This document shows, in pieces, positions 24,404 through 37,600 of a stretch of DNA of 64,000 bases. The DNA is from Lytechinus pictus (taxonomy: Eukaryota): assembly GCF_037042905.1 (NCBI RefSeq), contig NC_087245.1, positions 14,448,001 through 14,512,000 on the forward strand, given 5' to 3'. Under the pieces are notes generated by a model that was given only the letters and a program-made list of their open reading frames with translations, had not been told where the DNA came from and did not search any database. A program made the position numbers and the translations under genes. Numbering within the stretch: the first letter of the stretch is position 1; every line of letters starts with the position of its first letter.

Positions 24404-25400
24404 ATTAATATAAATTATCATCTTCATATTCATCGTCGTCATCTACAACATCATTATCACTGTAATAATTACTGTATTGTCAAGATTTTTATTAACATTA
24501 CCGTTATATTTTTATGACAATAACCTAATATTGGCATTGATAATAATGCAATGACGATGAAGGTGATGATTATGAGGACACCATCGTTCATTGATATAGA
24601 ATTCAAACAAATTTGAAACAAAGAGAAGACAGCAATCTTCTCCCACCATCTCTCTGTCAGATGACTTCATTAACTTAATTATTATCTAATCGTAGACTTA
24701 CAATAAATAAATAGTCCAGAGTACACCTTTTCTTACAGCAGGTGTTCATAATGATTAGGGCAAAGATACATCTCATTACATTTATTAGCACATCGGGTAA
24801 AAAATTCCATTTTCATTTGCTGACGTGCTAGAGTATTTTTCTGAGCAATCTTGCATTATGTTTCAGAGCACACTCTTGTTTTCTCTCGCAATATTGATCT
24901 TGCACTAGGATGAGTAAAATGAGGAAAAACATTGAATTTATTAGCCGACAAGTAACAAAAGCTTGATTATAATTCTGCCTTCTCATCCCTCGGATAGGAC
25001 GTTAAATGGAGGCCCCGTGTAGAGGAGAGTAACCACATTTGCACGTTAAGAACCCACTGCACTATTCGTATAAGTGTAGGGGGAAACCCCGGTTTAGTGG
25101 TCCACCTGCACTCCCCCAATCAGTTATATCGGGAGGAGAGACCTGCGGGTCACAGTGATTCAGTTCGCTTTTTGCCTCCCAGGCACAGGTGATGCCAAAC
25201 AAATAATAAAAAATAAAATAAAAAACAACAGGAAGCAACTCTTTTTTTCATCGACTTTTTCTCTGATTTGGAATATTTCTAAAATGGCATTTCAAAGATA
25301 AGATCTCAAAGCATCTATTAACATCAAAATATAGATATAATAATTTCAAACAAATTTTTTATAAACTTTTCAAAACTGTCCCGTTTTTTTTTATACGCAC

Positions 25401-25437
<37 letters not shown>

Positions 25438-28400
25438 TGTGTGTGTATGTGTGTGTGTATGTATGTATGTATTTTATTCAGAAATTATGAAGGCTTGGCA
25501 AGACTTAAGGAGATTTCGTTATTCTGAAGAGGAGGTTAACCCTATTATATTCAATAATCAACATATTTGTATAAAAGGTAAAACAATTTTTGACAATGAT
25601 CTTTTTAATAAAGGAATATTTAGCGTTGATCAAATCTTTGATAATGGCCACTTGAAGCCTGTGACTTTTTTTCAAAATCTCGGTATTACCGCAAATCAAC
25701 TTCTCCAAATAATAGATATTGTGCACGTTATACCAGCAAGCTGGAAAATTTTTAATAGTTTAATAAAGTTTAAAAAAATTGATTTGGTAGACTTTGGGAT
25801 AAGTATGAATATTGGAAAACAGGAAACAGCTTTTGAAGTAATTAAATCAAAAACAATTTATAACTTGTTTATTACTAAGCTACAAGAGCTATACAAGTTA
25901 ACACTTAAGGATGGTCACAGTGATTTTGATTTTACTGATGTAGAAATTTGTAAATTATTTGAATATATCAGGAGTACAACTCTTATAAGAAAACAAAGGG
26001 AATTTCAGTTTATGCTTTTACATGGAGCAATATATACAAAAGAGCATTTGATGAGATTTGGTTTCGTGGGAGATAATTATTGTTCGTTTGGTTGTACAAA
26101 AACTGAATCGTACTTTCATATACTCATGGATTGCATAAAAGTTAAACCTCTTTGGCAATTTTGTATTGATCATTTTTGTTTAGCTGAATTAAGAACTTTG
26201 AATTGGAGGGAAATATTCTTAGGGTTACCTGGAAATTCTTGTAGAATTAAATGTGTCAATTCTGTTATTCTTTTTATTAAATATGCAATTTTTAATTCCA
26301 GAGCTGAAGGCCGGGTACCGTCATTTATTAAAATACACAAATATATAACGGGTTGTATAGAAGAAGAAAGACGCCTGGCAACGAAGTCAGGCAAGTTAAG
26401 TTTACATTTGCAGAAATGGGATGAACTGAAGGTGAAAAGGGATTTGAATGTGAACAGGTGGGATGTGTCTAGTGTGGTGCGAGTGTGAATCCTGGTGTGT
26501 ATGTTGATGTTTTTTTTTCTTTTTACTAGTTCTTTTCAATTTCCCCTTCTCTTGTATCAATATGATTTGCAGGGTTTTTTTCTTTCTGTATCCTATTGCG
26601 CCAAAATGTTAAACGTTCATTATGCAGATTTGTATATATTATGTTTGTTTACGTATGCGTGGTATGTGCATGTGTGTATGGGTGTTAAGGTGGGTGTGTG
26701 TATGTGTGTATAATTATGTAAAGTTATGTTGAAGCTTGATTTAAAATGGGATGCAATGATAATACATTTAGGTTGATTTCTGTTTTCCTGCAAATCATTT
26801 ATATAGCCGTTTAACATTAATTATTATTGAAATACATAGAGGGTTGGGGACTCAGTTGAGTTATTTTTTTTTTTTTTCAGATATGAAAATATAATTTTAA
26901 GGAGTTTCATTCCGTCCTTATTTGCTTCAGTTCTTGGTAAATATATGTACTTTTTTGCATATCCTTGTTGATATGAAATGAAGATTTGTATTTTGTTTTG
27001 TATTTATCTGCAGTTTATGTAATTCATTTGAATGAAATCCTTAATAAAAACATATTGAAAAAAAAAATGTATACTTCCACATATTTTCCTCATATACTAA
27101 GCTAAGACACTCATTCCACAGTTTTTGGCTAGGGACGGCAGAATTTATGAGCAATTTGCACCCAAAAATAATCCACAAACTAGTTACGAGGACAAACTAT
27201 TTAGTTAAATTCATAATCTTAGTTACAGTGTGTTTTTTTATTATAATACTTGACGTTGATATCATTTGCTATTCTCCTATCAAATCTTTTTGAAATAAAA
27301 TTCCGACAGCTTCCTCTGTTGTAGTTTCATATTCATATAGTTTCAGTTCTTTTCATCATATTCATCATATCATTGTAGTCGTCACCATATTGTCATCATT
27401 AACATCTTTATCGTTATTATTCATCGTCAATCGAAGTTCCATCATCATGGTCGTGATCACAATCATCAACATAAACTCATCATGGTTGTCGTTGCTATAT
27501 CTCAATCACCACCACAGCAACTGGCGTACAGATGAAGAGTGGAGGTGGTGGGGGGGGGGGGGTCTTGGGGCCATGGACCACACCCCCTCCCCCAATTGTT
27601 CATGATCAAGTAAACAGGAAGGAAAGGGTGTGAAATATATTTTTTTCTAGATTTTTTGTCAAAATCTATCATAGACTTTGATTTTTTAAATTCGTATTGA
27701 AAAGGTCGCTCGCTCGCAGCTTTTCAGAGATTTTCCCTGTACGCTATGTCTGGCCCCCTTCGTCAAAATTTTCGACTCACTACGCTACTTGCCATGGCCA
27801 CTACATAATTTACCACTTACGTCAACACCATTGCCACACCACCACTGCCACACCACCACCACCATTTAAACATGCAGAACTCACAGAATAGATCTATCTT
27901 TATTTCCCCCACAGCGTCACAAAGCCATGGCAGCAACTGGGTTCCGCCGTCATCGTCCAGTTCGGCTCGGAGGACGAAAAGGAGACCGTATTCGAAGCTC
28001 CAGATCATCGAACTCGAAAAAGCTTTTCAAGAAAACATGTACTTGACAAGGGAGAGGAGGACAAGAATAGCAGATTCTCTTAATCTCACGGATCGACAGG
28101 TCAGTAAAGATATGTATATATATACAGAATACAGATCTTTCAGATAGATATATAGCAAGCTAGATGGATAGATAGATAAACTGATAGTAAGACAAGTTAG
28201 ATGCATATATCGTTTGGTAGACATCTAACATCTGGGCCCCATTGCATAGAACTTACCTTTATGGTAACTTTGTCATCCAATGGTAACCTCCATGGAATCC
28301 TTGATTTTGATTGGCTGTTGATCATTGTTTCCATGGTAGTTACAATTGGATGGCAAAGTTACCGTAACAGTAACTTTTATGTAACTGGGCCCTGAAATCA

Positions 28401-28656
28401 GATGTCTTCTCTGGTGACAAGTTACATCTTCTTACCCCCCCTTCTCTCTTTGCCTTTCTCCTTCACTTTATTTATCGCTCTTTCTACTTATCACTCTCTC
28501 TCTCTTTTGCTGCAGGTGAAAATCTGGTTCCAGAACCGCCGCATGAAGATGAAGAAGATGACAGAGCGAGAACGAACTGAACAGGAGCAAATAGAACGAG
28601 AAAAGCAGGCCCTGGGAGCAAAGTTTTACATCAAGACAGAACCAACAATGATGTGA
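20761..28656 (+). CDS. Posterior (Abd-B class) Hox homeodomain protein, Hox11/13b/c/d/e-like; three exons, 291 aa
   Basis: Exons 20761-21310, 27915-28099 and 28516-28656 (phases 1 and 0, GT-AG). Homeodomain [59 protein letters not shown] is preceded by the posterior-Hox NW motif (GSNW). Exon 1 is Pro/Ser/His-rich with polyAla. Confidence 0.92.
24990..25225 (+). mobile_element. SINE-like 3' fragment in Hox intron 1
   Basis: GC-rich block starting GGATAGGACGTTAAATGGAGGCCCCGTG and ending in an A-rich tail (AAATAATAAAAAATAAAATAAAAA). Confidence 0.5.
25405..25470. repeat. (TA)n(TG)n compound microsatellite
   Basis: Seen directly; it abuts the 5' end of the truncated LINE. Confidence 0.9.
25471..27067 (+). 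mobile_element. 5'-truncated non-LTR retrotransposon (L1/Tx1-like): ORF2 C-terminus with zf-RVT-like region, 3' UTR and poly(A)
   Basis: Uninterrupted ~340-aa frame with [18 protein letters not shown]...[27 protein letters not shown] (zinc-binding C-terminal region of L1/Tx1 ORF2). Stop at 26488, then AATAAA at ~27044 and an A-run to 27067. No RT or endonuclease core. Confidence 0.88.
27915..28099 (+). CDS. Hox gene exon 2 (NW motif and homeodomain up to RQ)
   Basis: Acceptor CCCCCACAG| and donor CAG|GTCAGT. Confidence 0.93.
28232..28395. mobile_element. MITE in the homeobox intron
   Basis: Imperfect TIRs CTGGGCCCCATTGCATAGAA / TTTTATGTAACTGGGCCCTG. Same end type as the 9993 MITE. Confidence 0.6.
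28516..28656 (+). CDS. Hox gene exon 3 (recognition helix and C-terminal tail)
   Basis: Acceptor TTTTGCTGCAG|. Encodes [46 protein letters not shown]. Confidence 0.95.
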   Translation: MKIWFQNRRMKMKKMTERERTEQEQIEREKQALGAKFYIKTEPTMM

Positions 28657-30844
28657 TTTTGATAAATCCTATAATGCATTTACACCTTTGTAATTATGAA
28701 AAATGCTACAGCCGGTTGCATTTACAGTGTCATTGGTATGTCATGATTACATTATAATTGGTCAAAATTAAAAATGATCAAATGGTATCAAACAGCAAAG
28801 ATGGTGTTGACAATTCTCCGTGCCATAAGATACGATATGCTGACATTTGATACAAAGATTTTGCATAGCCTACCATCAGGGATGGTGCCACGTGGTGAGC
28901 TCCCCCCCCCCCCCCCCGCAAGAAAAAAAATCTTCTTGGAGAGAAAAGAGGGAATGGGGGAGAAAAGATGAAAGAAGAATCTAACATAGAGTGATATGTC
29001 GCATGTAGCACGATAATACCCCTATATTATTCCATTTAATAATAAAAATGTCAATTTTAGGTCATCTTGCCTCACCACGAGCAAAACACCCTGCCATCAT
29101 CCCCGACTATCACCATTTCATTTTTTAATGATGTGATATAATGCATCTAAAATCATGGGTATTGGAAATAAATATAATTTCCATCTAAACCAATATATAA
29201 TATTGTATATTTGAATAGTTTTTATATTGGAAAATCCTTGAAATAGACAGATTGAAAGAAGGGAATTTATATTAAAGCCCCCGTATTTTTAATGAAGTAT
29301 ATTTGTGCAATATCAGAAGGGTGTATTCTAGGTCGGCCTCAATGCTACATTTTGACAAGCCTTGGTCTTGACTGTATCTCTTTTACAAAGTCAATGGGAG
29401 AAAGAGTAATTAAATTCATTGTTTGGGAACAAGGCAAAGTTTTTTTGTATGTAGAGAATATGTTGAAAATGCTATTGTTAGCAATAAAACACATATGATA
29501 AACAATCTGTTTGTGCAAATAATGGGTTCTGCATGGTGTGATTGTCAGCCTGAATTTCACTCATATTTCTACAATACTCTCTTAATAGTCTAAATATATT
29601 ACAGAAGTACAATTCATAGTTTCCTGTTGAATTTATTTGATATAATTTATGCAGCAATAATGAATCAATGAGAGCAAATAAAGTAAGTTTTCTCATTTTC
29701 AGACAATGTGCAAAAATTCATGTACAATTTCTGAGAAAAAAAGGGTGAGGGAAATACAGTTATATGACATGAACAGGAACAAAATAATGGGAAAATGTGG
29801 GGCTATCTGGAATAAAATGAAATCATTGTTAACAGATGAATTGAAATTGCAATTCTTCTTCCATGCCACAAGCAAGTGTTATATGAAAATCTCAAAAGAT
29901 TTGAATTTTCTGCAATAAATCTGTAAAAAAAAATATTTCAAATTATTAAAATTCCTAATATCATTTCACTATCTAAAATCTGTAAACCAATTAACAGTCT
30001 CGAGTTGTTGCTGCATTTCATCTTCAGTTGGGTTTCATATGGCAATGAGTGCACTAAACAGGGCTGAAATACAACTCTCTCTTTACAGTGATTTTAAGAC
30101 CGTATTTTAATACTAAAAGTGATATTTGGGATACTTAGGGGTGATGTAAAATTGATCATTGATTCCTTGAGCTTTGGCTATTGAATGAAGAAAATTATAT
30201 ATGCAATATTCAAAGCTCATCTCTTTGTTTGTTCTTAAAATATTTTCTTGTTTACTTTTCTCAACCTGATCAACAATAATAAAATGCAAACAATCTTATG
30301 AAAATTTAAATTAAAATTGATTTAATGCAGATTTCATCATTCACCAAATAATTCTGCAATAATAAAAAAGCTCCTTACCATATAAAAATTTCAGATAACA
30401 ATGCAAAAATGGATACAACTAATCATACAATATATGAAATATATAACACTGTTCAAGTTTCCCCGATACTACATGTATGAAATATTTATTATACTTTCAT
30501 AGAAAACAGGTAGCTATTGACAGTTTAATACAGAAAGCTAATACCTGAATATGATGCCATAGTCTATAATACTGGGATGTCTATGTATTGAAAACCAAGT
30601 CAAATTGAGTTACAATGTGAAATCAGCTGAATTATCACAGCTTAAAAAAATAGAGAAATAAGAAAGTTATTGAAGTACTACATGTATCTAAAAAAATTGT
30701 TGAAAATATACAGCATATAATAGTTTCATACTTATGCACTTCATTTGGAATGTATATGTATGTATTTTAATGCAATTCATAGCATTTTTTCATCTCAAAG
30801 TAAACATCTGACAATGTAAGCAAACATATATCCTTAACTTTCAA

Positions 30845-31096
30845 CCCTTTGTGCACTTGTATAATTTTGAGGTGATAAAATTTTAAATTTTCGTTGAATC
30901 CATCTATTCTAAATGCACCAGTGATAATGGGTAATCAATCTATATAGACTACATATATATATGTCTACTTAGGTACTATAGCCACTTTAAGTTTCTCTTG
31001 TCCAGAGATGGAGGAGAAACTTTTCTTTTCTATTCATTACTATCATTGTTATTAATTGAGAGAATGTGAAATTTTACAGAATTCGTGCACAAAGGG
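30845..31096. mobile_element. piggyBac-like MITE
   Basis: TIRs CCCTTTGTGCAC / GTGCACAAAGGG flanked by TCAA / TTAA. Confidence 0.65.
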
Positions 31097-31258
31097 TTAA
31101 AATACTCATGAACACAGTTTTTCACAAGTAAACTTATCATTGTATAAACTCAGACAAGGTACAGTTGCACAATTGAAGAAATCATAATAAATCAAGGGGT
31201 AGGGAATAAACATCAACTTTTAAAATATAGAATACTTAAGCCAGATGCAGCTCCTCCA

Positions 31259-31520
31259 TCACTCCTCGTCCTCCGAAGCCTCGACGCCGGCCTCCACGTC
31301 AGCCCTCACCGACTTGGTACTCGCCTTCTTCTGCGGGGCAGCATAGGTGGGGTCTGTAGAGGTGGGCGTGGTGGAGAAGCTGGTGGTAGCTACCTCATAG
31401 GCTTGTCCATTGGTCTGGGGAGTGATGGAGGGCGGGGCTGATTTCTTGATGTCCTTCTCGTCCTCTACAATGCGTTCTCCGGATTGGAAATAGACATTTT
31501 CGTTGTAGGTGCTGTCTCTT
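31259..31520 (-). CDS. Terminal cytoplasmic exon of the membrane protein
   Basis: GC-rich exon RRDSTYNENVYF...PTYAAPQKK...EASEDEE*. Phase 2 acceptor CCATCCAG. Confidence 0.8.
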
Positions 31521-31664
31521 CTGGATGGAAGGTGGTTTGAAGAGGATTTGAAGGAAGGTGTGATAAATGGAAGAGGAAGAGAAAGAAAGCCAGGAGAAGA
31601 ATTAAATATTGTTTCATAGGAAAAATAAATAGAGAGATACATGACAGACAGAAAGACAGACAGT

Positions 31665-31696
<32 letters not shown>

Positions 31697-34600
31697 TAGA
31701 TAGATAGATATATGAAGGGATAGATACGATAGATAGATAGATAAATAGATAGATAGATAAGACATAAAATAGAGAGAATTGATAAGAGAGAGGGAGTACA
31801 CTTGATTATCATTGGGTACATTTCAAATGTTATATTTTCAAAATTTACAATATTTTTTTAATAGAGGCATACATTTTATCATTATTTGATATCACTTGAA
31901 AGCAAAAAACAAAATGAACCTATGGAATAGACATAATCTAATTCTAATAATGATCAATGTTGCATTTTTTCTGAATTATTCATGAAAAATTAAGCGGTAC
32001 AATGATATATGGGGCAAAAGCAATTTGTAATGTAACAGCAAAGAGCAAACTTTACATCTATTTTACAAAATATGAAGAAAAAAATCAATAAAAGGAATTC
32101 AGTATTTCTGGAAAAAATATTTTTTGTATGTTTACCCAACATTAATGTCATCATTGTGACTAATTTCAATAACTATACATCTATATCATCATAACTAATC
32201 TTTCATGGAATATTTTAGTATTATGTAATAGTATTTCTGGTTACTTGCACATTTCTACCAATATTCAATATCATATCTCACCTCTTTTCATTATTTTCTG
32301 AGTCAACGGTTGCAGTGACTGTTCCCAAAGAATGCAAACAAGAAAAAAGTAGAAAACAAAAATTGATTATAAATAGGAGTTGACATCTCTTTGTTGAATG
32401 CATGAATCTGCAAGGGGGGTACAGGAAGCTTGTACCTTAATCGGAATAGAAATTTATAGGATACTTGCATGGTAGTGACTTAAGGGGGGTACATTTAACT
32501 GTGACATAAATGTCATGAGATGCAGATGAGTACAATATTTTCTTTTGCAGCAAGTGCCAATATTTCATACCCCCAAAAAAAAAAATAATGTCATCCAATA
32601 TCATACTACATACAGCAAAATTGTGATAAAATTCTAGATTCTGATAAAATGAAGATTCTCCCTCCCGCATGTTCCCAAATTGAAAAAAAAAGTTCATCAT
32701 TCCAGCTATTTCTATTGGCTTCCTGCCTGGTACTTCTGGCCTGGCACTTCAAGAATGCTTGACAAGAAGTAACACACCAGTTTCACTCTATAAGCCTTGA
32801 CTTGATATGAAATGGAAAACTTAAGCATATATTTTCATGACATGAAAACTTGCATGTTTCAAAATGTTTTAATGTACATGTATATGCATGGGAGATGGTT
32901 CAAACAAATGTTTAAACAACTTGCATTTAGAAAGACCTTGTATCACAGATTTAGGGGGAATTTCGTCAATGACTACTCCATGTTCCTACCAGGGCTTCGT
33001 AACACAAAGGTTTGCAATGAATTGCAAATATGAAAGAACCGCAGATTGGTTCCCAGTCAGTATTTTAAACAGAGTGCGCATTGGTCACTGGTATTTAGCG
33101 ATTAATTGCAAACCTTTGTGTTACGGAGGTCCTGTCACTATCCCAGCCAAGCCACTTTGTCATGTCAAAGAGAATATCATTGCATTGAACACAGAGTTAT
33201 AATAGCCATGTTTTTTTTTTTACTTGATGAAAACCAATAAAAGGCCTAATCGTCTAAGCAGCAATAATTGGAATATTACAGAATACATTTCTGTGTTTAA
33301 ACCTAGCCCCCCCCCCTATAGAATAAAAAAAAAAATCTTTGATATAATGGTCAGTAATCTCACACAGTCTTTATGCATGGATGAAAAGCATGGAATGTAT
33401 GGAAATAGTGCAACGTGGTGGAACTGGAAGACTAGACTAGTTAGATCAGAGCCAGAGAGGTGGATTAAATAAGTTTTTTCCACCTCTATGATCATAGCCT
33501 AATACTTCAAACTACTGGGACCTGTAACACAGTGACCAAATGGCCATTTTGCAGTCAATTTTTTTTTCTTATTATAGCTGTTTTGATTCCGTTTTTAGTG
33601 CTTTCAACAAACATGAATAAAAATAAAAAAATTGTTGATTTTCATAGATTAGTTTATGGGTATTATTAATTAATGAAATTGATACAAAACAAGGGATTTG
33701 TCCATTTTCCTCAGATTTTTTTTTTTTTTTGCTAGAACTCTTACATAATCTCCAAGGTCATGTCCAAACACATCACTGCATCTTTAAGCAGCAATCCTAT
33801 TCTGCATCATTTTACATTTAATCCTCCGCCTCCTGCTTTAACAAATAAAAAGTGGATAGAATATAAGATCCTGCAGTGACAAATTTTTTTTATATTTAGT
33901 ATGTTATGAAAGTGTTCCTATGTAGGATGATAACTAAGGAGCATCTATCGTTGGGACAACTTACCATTCGGCATCATTTGCAGTGAATCAACTGAGGGTG
34001 TCTTCTCATCTCTGTACATTAAAGTGAAAGAAAATAAATGAGTTGTAAGAACTATGATACATGCTTCCATTATCCTTATTGCATATAGCCAAAATACTAG
34101 GTGATATCAACTATCAATATCAACATCCAGGGTAATTTGATGGGACATGCACTCATCCCTGTCATCATCACCACCTTTGTCATTAAAGTGACACACAGAG
34201 AATCTTGATATTTTTGCATCATGAATTCTTCCTCCTTCTCTTACTCATCGTCATCATCACAACCACTACCACCATCACCACCACCACCGTCATGATCATC
34301 ATCCAAAGTAATTTCTGAGTTCTATACTTTTGTTTTATGAATTTCCACAAACCCCCTTCTCCCACCACCTCTTTCTCTCCCTCCTCATCATAATTATCAG
34401 CAACACTAATAACAAAATATCCTTTTTGTCATCATCAAAATCATCAAATCATCACCATAATCATATCATCATCATTATCATCATCACCTCCATCTATACC
34501 ATCAACATTATGGCATCATCAAGGAAAGTTGAAATTACTCATGATTTTTCTCCACAACCTCATTCACCCATCTTTTCTCTTTAAAGTCAGAATGTTCTTA

Positions 34601-37600
34601 ACTTTGTATGGTATCAGAAGGTTAAAGGGTTTTCAATCAGACTGAATATTTCACTTGTTTGGCTGCATTTGATAGACAATTACATTGCAGAAATAACACA
34701 GTTTTATTTCAAATTTTGCCTCAGAAAAGAATGGCAGGACATCTATCCAAACAAAACAGGTTCAATTCAACAGATGAGTAAAACTGAAAAACACTATAGT
34801 GGAATTACATCAAAACAAAAAGAGAAGAGAATTATGGCATTATGGCATTAATTTTCAAACAGAAGTGATATGTCTCATACAAGCATTATAATTTTTTTCA
34901 TTAAGACAAATGAGCTGATGATGTCAGTCACACAAACACACAATTTCTTTGATACTTCACAGAATGTCAAATCTCTCAAGTTTTTATTTCAAAAATATAT
35001 GTTACATAACAACACCACATTTCTGGCTAGAAAAATGGTATCAAATAAAATATATCTTGGATTTTACAACACGACTTTGAAACAAGATTTTGAAAAGCAC
35101 AAAGGCATAATTAGGGAGATTACCGGTAGTTAGAACCCTTTGAAGCTCTGTAATTCTCATTTCACAATCTCTGTGCCTACATTTATTTCAGTTTTAAGCT
35201 CCCAGAACCAGTATCATAAAGCTGTTTGTAAGTTACAAGTGACTTAAAGGACGACTGGTGATCCTGTAGTGGAACACAACAGAATTCCATTGGAGTTGAT
35301 TTAGTTCCTAAGAAAGGATCATCAGTCATTCGTAAAGTCACTCGTAACCTACGAACAGCTTTCTGAAACACCCACCAGTGCCCTGTCTGACAAAGATTTA
35401 CAATTGATCCAATCAATCTTAAGTGTATGGAAATCCATCAATGTCATAACTTTTCTTTAGGAAATTTGCTCAATATCCTTTGAAAACAATGAGAAGAATA
35501 CTGAATTGTCAAGAAAAAACAGTGAATGTATGAATAAACATTTCTAAAAAATATTTTGAACAAACACGTATTTTAGATGATGACGTTACTGGCTTTCCAT
35601 AGCTACAATTGATCAGATCAATTGTAACTCTTTGTAAGACAGGGCCCTGGTGTACTTACATTTTCTGAAATGGGTATACAACATTTTTTTGATAGATGAA
35701 CACATTTAAGACACCTTTTCAAAAGTCTTTGCAGGATCTTTCATCAAGGATCCTGCTAGTACTGTGTCCTTACATAGTGGCATACCCACATTCTACATTG
35801 ATTTTGTCTATGGTGAAATGTGAGAATGAAGAAAAGTTTGTGATTCCTGAATGAGAGACATTTTACTTTGCCCTTAATGAATATAAAAATTATCAGGATT
35901 ATTTGGATTACCTGTAAGTCATACATACTACCTCCACTACTTAGTTGCCCACAATGATGGCTACTGCAGTACTGCTCAAAGAGTCCTAATCATCCTTCCT
36001 ATTTTATTTCATCTGACTTAATTTACAACATTATCACTACTGCCTCATATGATATTGCAGATGGTTATTCTCATACTTCAGTGAATGCGATCCACCCATT
36101 ACCAGTAAAAAAAATATAATATTGATTTTTTTTATAATGAAATGAAAGAATAGCAGTAGTCATTATGTGAGCAGCAAGCATGAACAATTAATTTTCTACA
36201 TTTTGTTAATTTTCCAATAACATCAGATAAGCATGTCCAAATTTGTATTATGCTTGGGTGAGTTTTGTATTCATGTTCATAATGGTACATGTATATGGTG
36301 TTTGTATACAATTACATAGAGTTTTAATGTTTGGATGATACATTGCCCAGGCAAACAACTGCTCTATAAATAATCTCAAATCTGCACATAAAGCCAAGCT
36401 TTAAAAGATAAACATCAAACTAACTTCTAGGCCAACTCCTAATCCCAAGACTAAACCTCACATTATTGTGAATAAAAATAACCCTATCAATAAGTATGGT
36501 TTCATAGCAATTAAGAAAGGAGAAATGGCCTAGCCACAATATAAATCCACTTGCACGCATCTCTGATGTTATTTTACAAGCTCTATGACTGCCATGCATA
36601 TTGCGTTTGTTGTATCAATAAACGTAAATAAATAATGATTGATAAGACTTGGTGCCCCACAAAGGAATCTTAGGCAATGTGCCTTTCTTTAGTGCCCTAA
36701 TTTAAAGTGGTTTTGACCCCCCCCCCCATTCTGACCCCGAGGTTGATGAAATGTTCTGAAGTGAACTGCTGGTCTTCCTGGAGCCCTCAACCAAGCGATC
36801 TGTATGTCATAACATTACTTTGGGGAGTAGACCTTTTACGGAGGAAAGACATTGCAAATAAGGAACCCATAAATTAATTGCAAATCAGAATTCTTAGTGG
36901 GAGGATGAATCATTAATAATTTATAAAGAGTAGAGAAATTGGCAAACACATCATTTCTTGTTAAACCTCCTGTAGAATTGTTGATTATACACTGATGATT
37001 CATTAAAAATGTGGCATTGGCCTTATCGCCACATAAAAATATAAATTGGAAACATACGGCTCATGTGGGACCTCATAGGAAATTTGGAATACATATTATG
37101 ATTTTTGCAAAGGCCAAAGTGAGGATTATTCAACAGAATCTATGATGATGACGATGATAATGACAACGAAGATGATGATGATGAAAGCTAATCCTAATGT
37201 TTGGGGTACTCACTTGAGATCTATCTATCTGATATGAAATTGACCTATATGTAGGAAAATTAAATCAGTTTCTAAGATATGGTAAGTGGTATTTCATGTG
37301 ACATATCTCTCTACTGCTTCACACATCATTCTAATTAACTGAAGAAGTTTTAATCATTCAATATTCCGGTAACATAGAAAACCACTGCATTTTTTAAATA
37401 TTTATTTTTCTTTTTGATTGCTAAAGAAGTGATATGAATGACAATGATTGTCAGAAGAGTAACATAAAATGAATATACTATAAAAGAGGGTATATATGAT
37501 TAAAGATATAATGACTGTGTAGCAATGAATATGGCCTATTACTATAAGGCCTTTGATAGTAAGTGATTAAAATAGTGTCCCAAATGTGACAAGATATGCC

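Noticed and set aside
25439..26488. 349-aa host gene nested in the Hox intron
   Set aside because: Its start lies in a TG microsatellite, and the rest is a LINE ORF2 C-terminus with a poly(A) tail.
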